64,000 nt of DNA from Cenococcum geophilum (lineage: Eukaryota): positions 806,001-870,000 of the forward strand of contig CP158636.1 in assembly GCA_050273025.1 (NCBI GenBank), written 5' to 3'. A program made the translations under genes and the position numbers. The stretch's first letter is position 1. Every line of letters begins with the position of its first letter. Below, piece after piece: positions 27,823-39,506 of the stretch. The notes beneath the pieces are model-generated. The model worked only from the letters and a program-made list of their open reading frames with translations, did no database searches and was not told the origin of the DNA.

Positions 27823-28307
27823 GACGTTGAAGCAAGGGATTTTCAAATGAAGCGAATGAAATATCCCTAATACTCTTCATCAGCACCAGATACGTGTATA
27901 GTAAGGGCGCTTTAGGATCTGTTAGCCGGAACTATAGGTAATCCGTTGCTGTACACTCCTCTCAAGGCTTAAGCTTCTAGGCTTCAAACCTTAGGATTTC
28001 AACCGCCAAGGCTTCTCCAAACCACCTAGCATTAGTAAGGGTGGAAGGTAAGGAACACAGATGGAAAGGGCAGTAAAAAGGACGGGAGGTGGAGGGAATG
28101 AGAGCAGAAATGAGGGTAAGAAAATGAAAAGTTGGTTCTACGCTGACCAGCTTTCTGGCTCCGCACCCTGCATCCCGCGCTTTGTCCGCCCCCATCCATC
28201 TGCACGGGTATTTAATTGAGGGCAAAGCCCCTCCGCACGCCGTAATCACGTCTCCACAAACTCGACTCCTCGTCGTTCCTACTTAGAACCTTGTAGTTGC
28301 TAACCCA

Positions 28308-29280
28308 ATGAAAAGAAAGGATCTGGTGCTTACGTTTCTAGGTTGCGGTACTACCCTCTCCCTATAAATCTTATTGTTAACTAATGACACATACTAATCC
28401 TCTATGTAGGTAAGCTGGGTACCGCAATTCTACACGGTATCCTGTCGTCACAGGCCAGCCCCGCACCATATGGACACCCATCACAGAATATCGACGCTCT
28501 CAGCGAGAGTGATAATCAAACCCGCTATTCCTTCGCGCGATTTGTCGCCTGCGTTCAGCACCACCACAGCGCGGAGAGGATCCGGTCGAGCCTCTCGAAT
28601 TGGCCGGACGCGCCTGTCTCTATCCTGGTCGGTCAGAATCTGAGGGGCATTAACGATGCTGATGTTGTCATTCTTGGAACTGAGCCGTCCGCCTTTTTAG
28701 ACGTTCTAGACTCGGACGATGTACGACGCGGGCTGCAGGGAAAGATTTTGATCAGCATCCTAGGCGGTATTCGCACCGCTGATCTACAGAAGGTTCTCCT
28801 AGATCCTTCGCATAGGCTAGCCCGAATGTGGCAAGCGTGCAACGCCAGTCCATCACCATCCTTGAGGACACTGGGACTCCTCTACCACCCCCTGTCACGG
28901 AGCTCGCCCCCTTTATTTTTTCCTGTGTCGGTCAGGTCAAGTGGGTGCCTACTGCTCTCATGGAAGCTTGCACTGCCTTGGCCGCTTCGACTCCAGCGCT
29001 CTTTGCAGTTGCCGTTGATTCGCTAGCCCAGGCAGCCGTTCAGGAAGGCGTCTCTCGCTCAAATGCTGTCGAGATAACAGCCTATGCGATGATGGGCGCG
29101 GCTGCGCTGCTGCTGCAGGGTGAGGAGCCCGCCAGCATATGCCGAAAGGTGGCTACGCCCGGAGGTGCAACTATGGCTGGCTTACAAGTCCTGGAGGACA
29201 AAGGGTTGAGATCTACCCTTTCAGACGCACTGAAGACTATCGTTGGGAAAATAAAGACGTTGAAAGCGTCAGCAGCGTAG
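28308..29280 (+). pseudogene. Pyrroline-5-carboxylate reductase (ProC/Pro3) paralogue with an apparent frameshift near 28815; intron 28348-28409
   Basis: Spliced Rossmann motif 'LTFLGCGKLGTAIL', then 'ADVVILG' and 'LISILGG'. The C-terminal 'SPNVA', 'TALAASTPA' and 'VATPGGAT' are in a different frame. Confidence 0.75.
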
Positions 29281-29688
29281 CTATAATAATCTTAAAAATA
29301 ATTCTTATCGCTGACAGCTACCTGCAAATCTTCGCATGCGCTATATTAGCTAAACTTCTAGAACCACATAGCTTGTCACACAATGATGATGGCTGAGGGC
29401 TTTGAGCAAGACGAGGGCCATACAACTACGGAGTTAAGTTTCCAAGTATGAGACATTCATTGTTCATGCTCCTAAGAAAATTCCTACAAGTGCGACAACA
29501 TCCTGGAGACGGTTCTATTATACTCTCCAAGACAATTGATTGATCTCCTTATGACTAGGCTGACCATGTCTTTCATTGCCCTAATACTCATATTACTCAT
29601 TTTCAGCCCCCACGTTACATAGAACTATTCTTTTTTAATTCTATCTAAGCATTCGCAACTTGCATATCGGCTCCATTTAGCCCGCTAA

Positions 29689-30798
29689 CTAATAGGCTGC
29701 CAGCAGACGGCGCTGTTGATATTCCAGCGCTGTCACATTATCATATGCCGGTGTGCGCTCCTTCGACACGAACTGCGGCAGAGGGGCTAGGGACACATTG
29801 CGGTCAGCCTTGCAAAAATAGGTGATAGAGTAACGCTCTGGAATCGTGGCTGCCTCAACTTCCTTTAGTTGAGGAGGCAGCGTGACACGGTGCATGCCCG
29901 CACGGATGACATCGTTTGTCCAACGCTGGAGCGTCTCGCTGATATTAACGACCATGTCGGCGGGGGCGCTGGGCGAGACGGGCACGAACTCGCCTGGTCG
30001 CGCGCGGTCCTCCATCTCAAGGCCGCCAACGTTGTCCTGGAAAAGCAGCGTGATGACGCCGAGGTCGAAGTGCGGCGAGATGCGGTTTTGGCCCTTCCGC
30101 ATCTCGGCCAGGTCGATGGGCGGGTAGTGCATGAGGCGGAACTCGCTCGCATTGGCCTCATGCGTGCACATGTTGGTGAACGCGCCCGCTGGCAGCCCTA
30201 GCCCGAGCTCCATCGCGCTCAGGATCTGCCCGGAAATCGCTTCGCATGTTAGGTAGCAGTTCTCCATATACGGCTGGAAGCCGGGGAGGGTGGACTCGGC
30301 TGGCCAGCGATTGGGGAACTGAACATCGCCTGGCGGGCCTTGGTCGAAATGTTCCTGTCATCGAGAGTGAGCTCTGAGCTAGGTGCGTATGCTTAAAGAG
30401 AAAGGATATTTTACTTTGGCATCACTCTTACTGACTATCTTATCTGGAGCAAACTGCCTTGAGTAGATGGTGGCAGTGTTCTCCGCACCAATACGGCTCC
30501 ATCCACGCTGTGGATCTGGACTTGGTTTGTGAGCAATCCTCTCCTTCTCATAATCTGGAATCCGGAAGAATCTTCGGTTCTGGATTATTGATGATATTTA
30601 GTATTAAAGAGACTAGCAAACAGAAGAGTTCCATACCCATTCAAAGAGGTCTTCCACCATTTCTTCGCTCATGCCATGATTGCACAACTTCACAAACCCA
30701 TGATCCGAAAGCGATTTCAGGAGCTGTGCCGCGAATGTGGCGCGATCCTCTGCAGAACCGTTGGTGAAGAGAGAGAGGTTGAGAACGGGTAGAGACAT
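29689..30798 (-). CDS. 2-oxoglutarate/Fe(II)-dependent dioxygenase (IPNS-like, DIOX_N + 2OG-FeII_Oxy), three exons
   Basis: N-terminal 'LPVLNLS...HGFVKLCNHG'; exon 2 'PDPQRGWS'; iron triad 'HFD...HRV'; 2OG-binding 'RYS'. Confidence 0.92.
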
Positions 30799-33668
30799 AA
30801 TGATTCCTGGGGATACTGTATTGATGTGATTTCGCCGGTCTTTGTTGTTAGAGTCTCCGAATGTTTATATCCTGGCCATAATTGAACCTCCGGACTTCCT
30901 CTCTTGGTGCCTACATGCCGCTTGCATCACTCTTCCCCTCTTTGGCCCGTCACCTTCTAGCAGTCTACTCCACTCTACTTCCCTCCAACTTTAACCTAGT
31001 CCAAAAAGATCACTGGGGCTCCCCTGACAGGAGATCTCTTAGTGATCGTTAGCGTCTAAATTTTGGGGACTAGCCTAGGGAACTGACCGCTTCCTTCTTT
31101 GTGGCTACACTCCCTGTAGATGATATGAGCAAGTGGAGCTTTTTCCTAAGACGATGCGGAGAAACGAGAGCATACCACCTTGTTGCTCCCATTGAACGGC
31201 CCTGACGATCCGGATGATGATCAAGCGGCGAATACCCATACCGTTTTGATTCAGACTACATCTAAATGTCGATCGCCCAATTGGCCCAAAAAGACCGGTA
31301 CTTCTAGCGAAGCCAAATAGGACGTATTTTATCGATTGACACTAAAACAACGTAGTCGGTATCAGTCTTCACCTCAAAATAAGCTAATTATAGTATATAT
31401 GCCTTTTAGAAACTTTATCAAACTTCATTGGAATATATTGTCATTTCACTAAGCCTCTCGGGGCTTCATAAAGGCAGGTGCAAGGTACTGTCACTAAAAT
31501 CTACATCTCCAACTATGAATTCGTAGAGAAAATCTACTTGTATAGACCGTAAAATATGTATTCTATGTGTCAGGCCTTCATTACTTATTAATTTTGCATG
31601 TGACCGTAGATATCCCGATAGTTTCTGTATTACAACAAAGTTCGCTCCTTCGGCTCCGCCGAGTACGACACCATTGAGGCTCACAAATACGTGAAACGGC
31701 CGTGTGTGATCAACAAGCGTATTCAGAATGATCAATAAGGCGGTGTGCTATAACATTCTTGTGACCGCGACCACATTTCCTGGGACACCGACCAGTTCGG
31801 TATAACTAGCTTGATCTGTATTTGGCCCTTCGCACTACTGACACGAGTTTATGCCAAAAACAGGTAAATCAGCTCCTTCAAGACCATGAAGGCTCTTGCG
31901 AATCGCCACAGCAGCGTTATTTTATCTAAGTCAACAAGGGCTGTCGTCAGCAACGCATGACGTGATTCTCATTTCCGATTCCTGTTCACTGCTTTTATGT
32001 CACATTATTACTTAGGGGAAGCTCTTTTGCTGGCGGATTTGCAGATGAGCGAATTATGTTGCCCTGTCGCTGTTTTTTTAAATATGCCGCGGCAACACGG
32101 TAGCCTCTACAAGGACCTCACCCTATGCTTACTAGTCTCTTAGTAGCGGCTGGCGTGCCGGGCCGCGTTGGCGGGCGGGTAGGATCTACGCTACCTTGGC
32201 GCATCTAGTTGAAGGCGCGTGTTGATCTTGGCGATTAAAACGACACAATTTTATGCCTTTAAAGTGATAGGTACGACCATTTTGACGCATTTTAACGTAT
32301 TTTTGGGTATAAATTCGATATACCAGATCAACACATTTTCAACCGGATGCGCTAATGTGGTGTATGTAGGGTGAGATTTTAGAACCGGGTGGGGCTGGCG
32401 GGGCGCCGTCAGCCAACGCGGACGCGCGCCGCCTCCAAGTCTTGAGAAAGCTTACTTTAACGTTCCCTGGGCCGCGCATACGACCGTGCTGAAGGCAGGC
32501 ATTCGCTGGCAAGATGATTGGTGAGCCATCAGACCAACAATGCTGACAACGAGGCATGACCAGCTCCTCTCTGAGGGCTAGCTAACCCAGGCTTCGTTGA
32601 ATGATGGGGGCTTGTGCGTGGGGCGGATTACTGACGGTCGAATATTGGCCCGGGATAGATAAACATACCGGAAAAGGTAATTAATGCGCAAGTTAGATCT
32701 GACGCTACGGTCTAGCACCGCAGGACTTTGTGAAACGTTTTGGTGTGCTGCGCGCGGTCCAACTTTCGTAGGACATCACCAGGATAAGGGATACCCTGTA
32801 TGGGTATCCGACAGACACGGGCACAGGCTCGCGTTCGCGCTAGAATTGATGGGGTGGATGAGTAAGGTAAGGTGCCATACAAGCAGTGCACCCGTCTTTC
32901 TAACCTAACGAGATACGTTTAGAAGGCTACATACTGATGTTGGACAGATTATACAATTCATCAATATAATCGCCCAAAATTGGTAATTATAATTATATAA
33001 GGACTCTAATTCCGAGCCGCCCGGCCTCCAAGCACGCGGTTATATACCCAGGTATAAAAGTTTTCTTTAAACTAATACCATTAGTAAAGGCGATATGTTA
33101 TAAATAGTAACTTTTATAGGTTGATATTACCATACGGGGCAGTTTAGCCTACGCATATAAGATGTGATAATGCATTCTAATTTTACTAAGGATTTTGTGG
33201 AGACTCTTCCAGGGAGTCTAGATGCTCCCCTCCAGTTTATCGGTTATTGCTCGTAGTTTATTCCTCCCGCTTCGACTCTCACCGCCTTGATCAGAACTTT
33301 CATGTAGATCGGAAACGTTACAGTGAGATTATATCTTACACAAACCAGGAAGCTCGCAGTTAGGATCTATCTCACTCCTATCGTGATGTGGGGCCTTGGC
33401 CACGCTGACCGGAAGATTCTCAGACCTAACAGAACTGGAGAATCCTGGCTGAGTTCCCAGTACGACTGCTTGTGCCCCACCTGGTTGCTCGACTTTCCCC
33501 CTGGTATGGGGGCGAATCCTCTCCCCGCGCGGCTTCAAGTGGGGCAACTATATTCCTTCAAGAGTCTCTCTCGTCCAGAGTGCCCCAGTGTTCCTCCGTT
33601 CCAACCGTTTTCTCCCCTTTCTCCCCACGGGTGTTCGCCTCGTTACTTCCCTCTCTCGACGGTCCAGC

Positions 33669-36600
33669 ATGCATTCTGCAGCTCTCGATTTACCTGATAC
33701 AGCTGTACTACAGCGGTTCTGCGATGAGCAGGGAGTCCCGGTGACGTCGCTGTGCAAGGTAGGGTGGGCACTGGTGCTTCAGAGATTCTTCTACGTGACA
33801 GTCTTCCGTTTCCACCAGGCCACCGACGGGACTTTCACCATTTCTTATGAAGTCGACTTAGCCGAGCGGAGTAGCGTTTCCGCTGCACTCCATGCATGTT
33901 CTGTGGACAAATCAGCGGCGCTGGAGGACTGCCCGCCTGTCCTGCACTCCTCGAACGCCGTTCTCTTTGACGAGGTGGGCCCGCGGACTAAGAGCGTGGT
34001 TTGCTTCAAGACAGGAGAAGAATGCCCCTCGTGTGTACTAGAAGACAATGTAATGCTATCTTCCCATGTTCTTCTAAGTTAGTGTAATGTTGACTAATAT
34101 ATAGTACGACATCGTACTAGCCGTTTGCGATGGAGATGCTGCATTAAGCGCTCGTCTGTTATACCAAGACGGGTTCTTGTCGGAGGGTGGGGCGGTGTTA
34201 CTTACTAGAGCCTTATCAACGGCAATATGGAGCATAATATCCTATCCGCACAACAATCTGGCAGAACTGGATCTCTTTACCAAGGAAGACGGCAATCAGA
34301 TCCATCAATGGAATGCTACGCCACTGAATCCAGTCCAAAAGTGTATTCACCATTTGATTGAAATGGCTATTCCGCAATATAGCCAGAAAATTGCAATTGA
34401 ATCCTGGGATGGTCAGCTCACTTATACCGAACTTGACGAAATGGCTTCCCGACTGGCCGGTTATCTTGTCGATCGGTGTGGTCTTGCACCGGAGGTTATT
34501 GTGCCGCTTTGCTTTGAGAAGTCGAAATGGACGCCAGTAACCATGCTGGCAGTCTTAAAGGCGGGTGGCGCATACACCTTCATAGACCCTGCGCACCCGG
34601 CCGATCGACGTAAATACATTATCGGCTCCGTGAACACAAAAATTGTCATCACGACGAAAAAGCTGAGAAGCCTTTTTCCAGACTATGAGACTATTGTGGT
34701 CGACGCAGACCTACTACGGCGAATTTCTGGCAGCTATGCTCCTGTTAGGAGCTCGTCGGTGGATGTGCGGCCTGAAAATGCTGCTGTTGTGGCTTTTACC
34801 TCGGGCAGCACAGGCTCGCCTAAAGGGTTCGTTCATGATCATAACTCCGTAGCCTCAGGTATAGTATCCAACGGTCCTCTTATACATCTAAACAACGAGT
34901 CCCGAGTGTTCCAATTCACGAGCTATACATTCGACATCAGCATTACAGAAATATATAGCACATTATACCACGGTGGATGTGTCTGTATCCCTTCTGACGA
35001 AGATCGCCTTAATCGTGTCGCAGAAGCAATGAACAGTCTGCGCGTGACCTGGACGTTCTTTACTCCTTCCTTTGCTCGCTTCATCCAAGGCGAGGACATT
35101 CCAAGCCTAAGAACTGTTACCATTGGTGGAGAGCCTCCCAGCATGGATGATGTAAATGCATGGGCGCCTAAATCGCAGCTTCTGAATGTGTATGGCCCGT
35201 CAGAACTGTCGATGTGGTTTGTGCAGGAACTGAAAGTGGGTCAATTGAAGACGATCTCGGTTGGACGAGCTCCAAACACGCGCTCATGGGTTGTAGACCC
35301 ATCAAATCATGAGCAGCTGGTACCCGTTGGAGCGGTTGGAGAGTTACTACTCGAAAGCCCGGGCCTCGCAAGAGGCTATTTAGGTGATAAAGAAAGAAGC
35401 GCAAAAGTCTTCATCCCAGCCCCGTCTTGGCGGAAAATCAAAGGGCCATTGGATTTCTACATGATGTACAAGACGGGTGATTTAGTGCGTTATCTACCTG
35501 ATGGCACTTTGATATACATGGGTAGAAAAGACACCCAAGTCAAACTACGTGGACAACGGGTGGAGTTGGGAGAGGTCGAGTTTCACCTTCGGCGTCACCT
35601 TCCCGACTCGGCGGAATCAGTGGCCGATGTCGTGAAGGCGCCAGGTTTGAGCACACAGCCTATCTTGGTTGCCTTTATTTGCCATGATGACTGGAAACGA
35701 GGAAGCCCGTTGACCAAAGGACTCGAGAACGAGCTCAAGGCCAAACTGCACAAGTCATTGCCGATATACATGGTCCCGGATATCTTTATCCCCATGTCTT
35801 CAATACCACACACAGTGTCTATGAAAACGGATCGTCAACAGCTGAAGCATCAAGCTGCTGAGCTGACTCTTAACGACCTCCGCATCCAGGGTCCTGGCAA
35901 ACCCGAGACACCCCATGCCGATGGACCTATAGCACCATCTTCCTTACGTAACTCTCAGACTCCTCCTTCTTTCCTTTCTGTGTCTTCTTCCACAGATCGA
36001 TCCCTACCTATACCTTCTCCGTTTTCTTTGATCCGGCCGGCGGGCATCAAGGCGTCGGTCCTTGCCGATGCGATATCTCAATGCCAAGTGCTTGAAAGAG
36101 CTATTGAGGATGTATACCCGTGTGCTCCGCAGCAGCAGGGCTTATGGGCGCTATCACTAGCAAGAGATGGAGACTACATGGGCCAATACATACTCGACTT
36201 GGCGCCACTAGTAGATATCGCAAAGCTTCGGGCTGCTTGGGAAACCGTCGTAGAGATGCATTCCATTTTGCGCACTCGATTCATTTATTCAAACGGGCAG
36301 ACTTTTCAAGTTGTTGTAAGGGATCGCATCGAGTGGAAGACATCTTCTTCCCTGGACGCTTATCTGAAGGATGATCGACGTATCCCAATCGACTTTGGGA
36401 AGCCTTTGGTCAGGTATGCTATTGTGCCAAATAAGAAGAGTGAGAGCGCTAGAGGTGCTGCGCATTCACTTGTATGGACTGCCCATCACGCTCTTTACGA
36501 CGGTGAATCTACAACCCTCTTCCTCAACCATGTGGCCGCAGCATACAATTCGAACCCTCTGGATCCAAAGAGGGTAATACCTTTAAGCTATTTTATAGCT

Positions 36601-37737
36601 TACCTTAGCAAATCGGATGAGTCATCTGCCGTTCAGTTCTGGAGCTCACATTTTGCTGGGTTGCCTCATACCGGTTTTCCCAAGCTCCCGCATCCAAATT
36701 ACAAAGTGGATCCTTCCCTGTCGTATAAGCGCTACCTACGATTCGTGCGCAAGCCTCAATCGCGTATTACTACGCCTGCCATCTTGAAAGCCGCTTGGGT
36801 TTTGACGATGTGCAACGCAATGGGTGACCAAGATGTTCTATTTGGCTCAACTGTGGCAGGGCGAAATGCCGACCTGCCGTTGATCGAGAGCGTAGCTGGC
36901 CCGACCTTCTCGACCTTCCCTAATCGCATCATTATGCAGTCCACGCAAAGCGTTTTGCAGTTCTTAAACGGGGTGCAGATTCAAAGCGCGGAGATGATCC
37001 CCTTCGAGCATACTGGGATGCAGAAAATTGGGACTGTCAGCTCGGAGTGCAAGTTGGCATGCCAGTTTCAGAATCTGCTTGTTATTCAAGTTGACGACCC
37101 CTCTGCGCCCTATACACAGGTCTTCTCCTATAAGGAAGAATCAACCAGTCTCCGGAAGTTTACAAGTCATGCGCTGCTGTGGGAATGTACACTGAAGCCG
37201 GGTGGTGTAGACGTGCATGCATGCTTCGACGGCGCGGTGATCAGTGCAGCGCAAGTACGGGAGATCGCCGATGATTTCGAAACCTTCGTGCACCTTCTCG
37301 CTCTAGAAGAAGATAATCGCACCGTGGGATCTCTCTTAAAGGTGGATGTACCAGTGACCGATGGGCTCAAGTCTGCCACGGGCTATGACACCCCTGGCCA
37401 ATCTCCTGAGCGGAAAGTTGATTTCGACTTGACCGTTGCTAAGACCATAAGGAAGGTCTGGGCCCAGGTGCTCTCGCTTGAGGAAGAGAGCATCAATTTG
37501 GAAGACGAGTTCTTTCGCAGCGGTGGTACATCCATCACTGCAATGGCTTTGGTCGCAAATGCGCGAACTCAAGGTGTCTCTTTCACTGTGGCAGACGTCT
37601 TCCGAAACCACCTCTATTTGGCCTGCCTGCCCTGTTTGATTTCTTTAGTTGTCCACTTACAACTTGTTCCATATTTAGATCCTCTCAACACAGTATTCTC
37701 TACGTTCCCTAATAATCCCCAACGGACTGGCATTTGA
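33669..37737 (+). CDS. NRPS 5' half: degenerate C-A-C-T (T truncated at ~37610); exons 33669-34049 and 34105-37737
   Basis: A: 'FTSGSTGSPKG', 'YKTGDL', 'MKTDR'. C: 'YPCAPQQQGL', 'HHALYDG'. T: 'FFRSGGTSI...TVADVFRNH', followed by non-homologous read-through to the stop. Confidence 0.92.
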
Positions 37738-37849
37738 GTGGCTAGTTGGGCACGTTAGACGTTGGTGCCATGTCGATCCCGTAAGCAGGCGCTAATCAGT
37801 AGAAGTGCACAGTCACCAGGAGGTATCAGCAGTCCATTTTATAAAATCC

Positions 37850-39076
37850 TCCCTAAAATACTCCTATAGTTGTAAATCGGTATAATATCTATTTTAGTAA
37901 AATATAATATAGTATAGGAGAAAGCCGTTAACTTATTTTGCGGTATAAGTTATTATATTAAAGGCAAATTCGTCCCAATCTTTATCGATAAGTTTCGCGT
38001 GCTTAGCTACCCTTAGTAGTAAAAAGTCTTTTTAGTTATTTAAAGTAGGTGTAGCCATGTTTTCGGAAGAAGGGAAGTATTATTAGTATAGGGATTGTCG
38101 TTTAGTACGCGTTTGTGACGTGTATTTGCGATTATAGGGCTTAGGACTAGTTCTAGCCTTAAATTACAAAGACTTATAAAGCGTGTTGTTCTGCGTAATA
38201 GACGTAAGAATCTGTAATCTTAGAAAGGCTTAGGACCAGTTCTGGCCTTTAGATCCCTTAGATTTATAGAAGAGTTCTATTTAAGGTTTAGGACCAGTTC
38301 TAACCTTAAAAGACAGCTCCCTTTAGCACGAGTAGTTGTAAGGCAGTATTGCCAGGGTGTACGGTAGGGAGCAGGCAAGCCGAGCATGAGTCACATAGGG
38401 AGTCGATGGAAGAGGACGATATGGTAATGAGGGTAGGCAATAGCCTCGTACTGAGACGAACCGATAGGGGAGGAAGGAGGCTGCAAGCCCGAGGAGCTTA
38501 TAAGGGGTGGCCAAGGCCTAGCCGAAGGCTAGCCTTGGCAGCCCCTGAGAGCTCCCAGGATGTAGCCGAGTAAGGGACCAAAAGTACCCTTACAGTAGTA
38601 CTGATATAGTGGCTCGTCTCTTCTTGGTGGAATACCTAGCTGCTCTATAGTATAACAGTAAAGTTAACCACTAATCAGTGTTGGTTACACAAGGTAATAT
38701 CACGTAGCTACGGTTCGTAAATAGTATGATGATTGTTCTGTGTTCTTCTTGAAGAAAGGGGTAAGGAACTTAAGGTTCCTCACCACGCTAGTGCCGCGGC
38801 GGCACGTGATGGCAACTTGCCGCACGTAACGGCAACTTGCCACACGTGACGGCAATATGCCTCATATGGTGACCATTTGCCTTTATTCCCAACAGTAGGC
38901 TTTGCAGTATGTGGGAATTAAATAAGTAACTTAATTGTAAATCTATGGAAATCAAGTGGTATAAATACATGAAAGTAGACCCCTAACTCCGAAGCCTATA
39001 AGTCATTTTAACCATATCCGAGACATACGAGGGTAGTGCTGACGCTAGTGAAACAGGGTCTGGTAGTCGGTTACAC
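37850..39076. mobile_element. RIP-degenerated TE remnant with short internal repeats
   Basis: TpA-rich. Three TTAGGAC[C/T]AGTTCT[A/G]NCCTT copies (~38141-38310) and three 20-bp CACGT[G/A]A[C/T]GGCAA... units (~38803-38861). Confidence 0.5.
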
Positions 39077-39506
39077 ATGGCGTTAATTAAGGGTAGAGTG
39101 TAGGGGGGGTAAAAATCGTTAAAATTGACGATATTGTGCGCAATGTCTTATGAGACCTAATTTAATGTTCGGTAATTTTTACTTTCTTAGGTTTACCTAC
39201 CAAATTTGAAATACGCCCGTATTGTAAGGAGGCCCGGGAGTCATTTACGGATATTTTTACCACCTCAACTCCAAAATCTTCAATAATCAATATCAATAAG
39301 CAATATTCAATACTGATGGAAGCCCTGCTGAAGGACAGGCTGTCAGCTCCTTATGGCAGGCGGACATGCACCAAGACATCAGGCCCCATGCTGGTATAGA
39401 GGCGTCTTTTTTAATGGAAGACCTAAATATTTATCGTGTGAGCTATTGAGAGACCGAAAGCTCGTTTGAGAGCGCAATGAGAGAAAGTTCGACTCGCCTA
39501 GCACGT

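Noticed and set aside
30800..33668. Short ORFs in the dioxygenase-NRPS intergenic region
   Set aside because: No motifs. Most simply explained as a divergent promoter region with possible small relics.
15387..37737. Identification as peramine synthetase (PerA/PpzA)
   Set aside because: No methyltransferase domain is visible in the second module, and the domain order differs.
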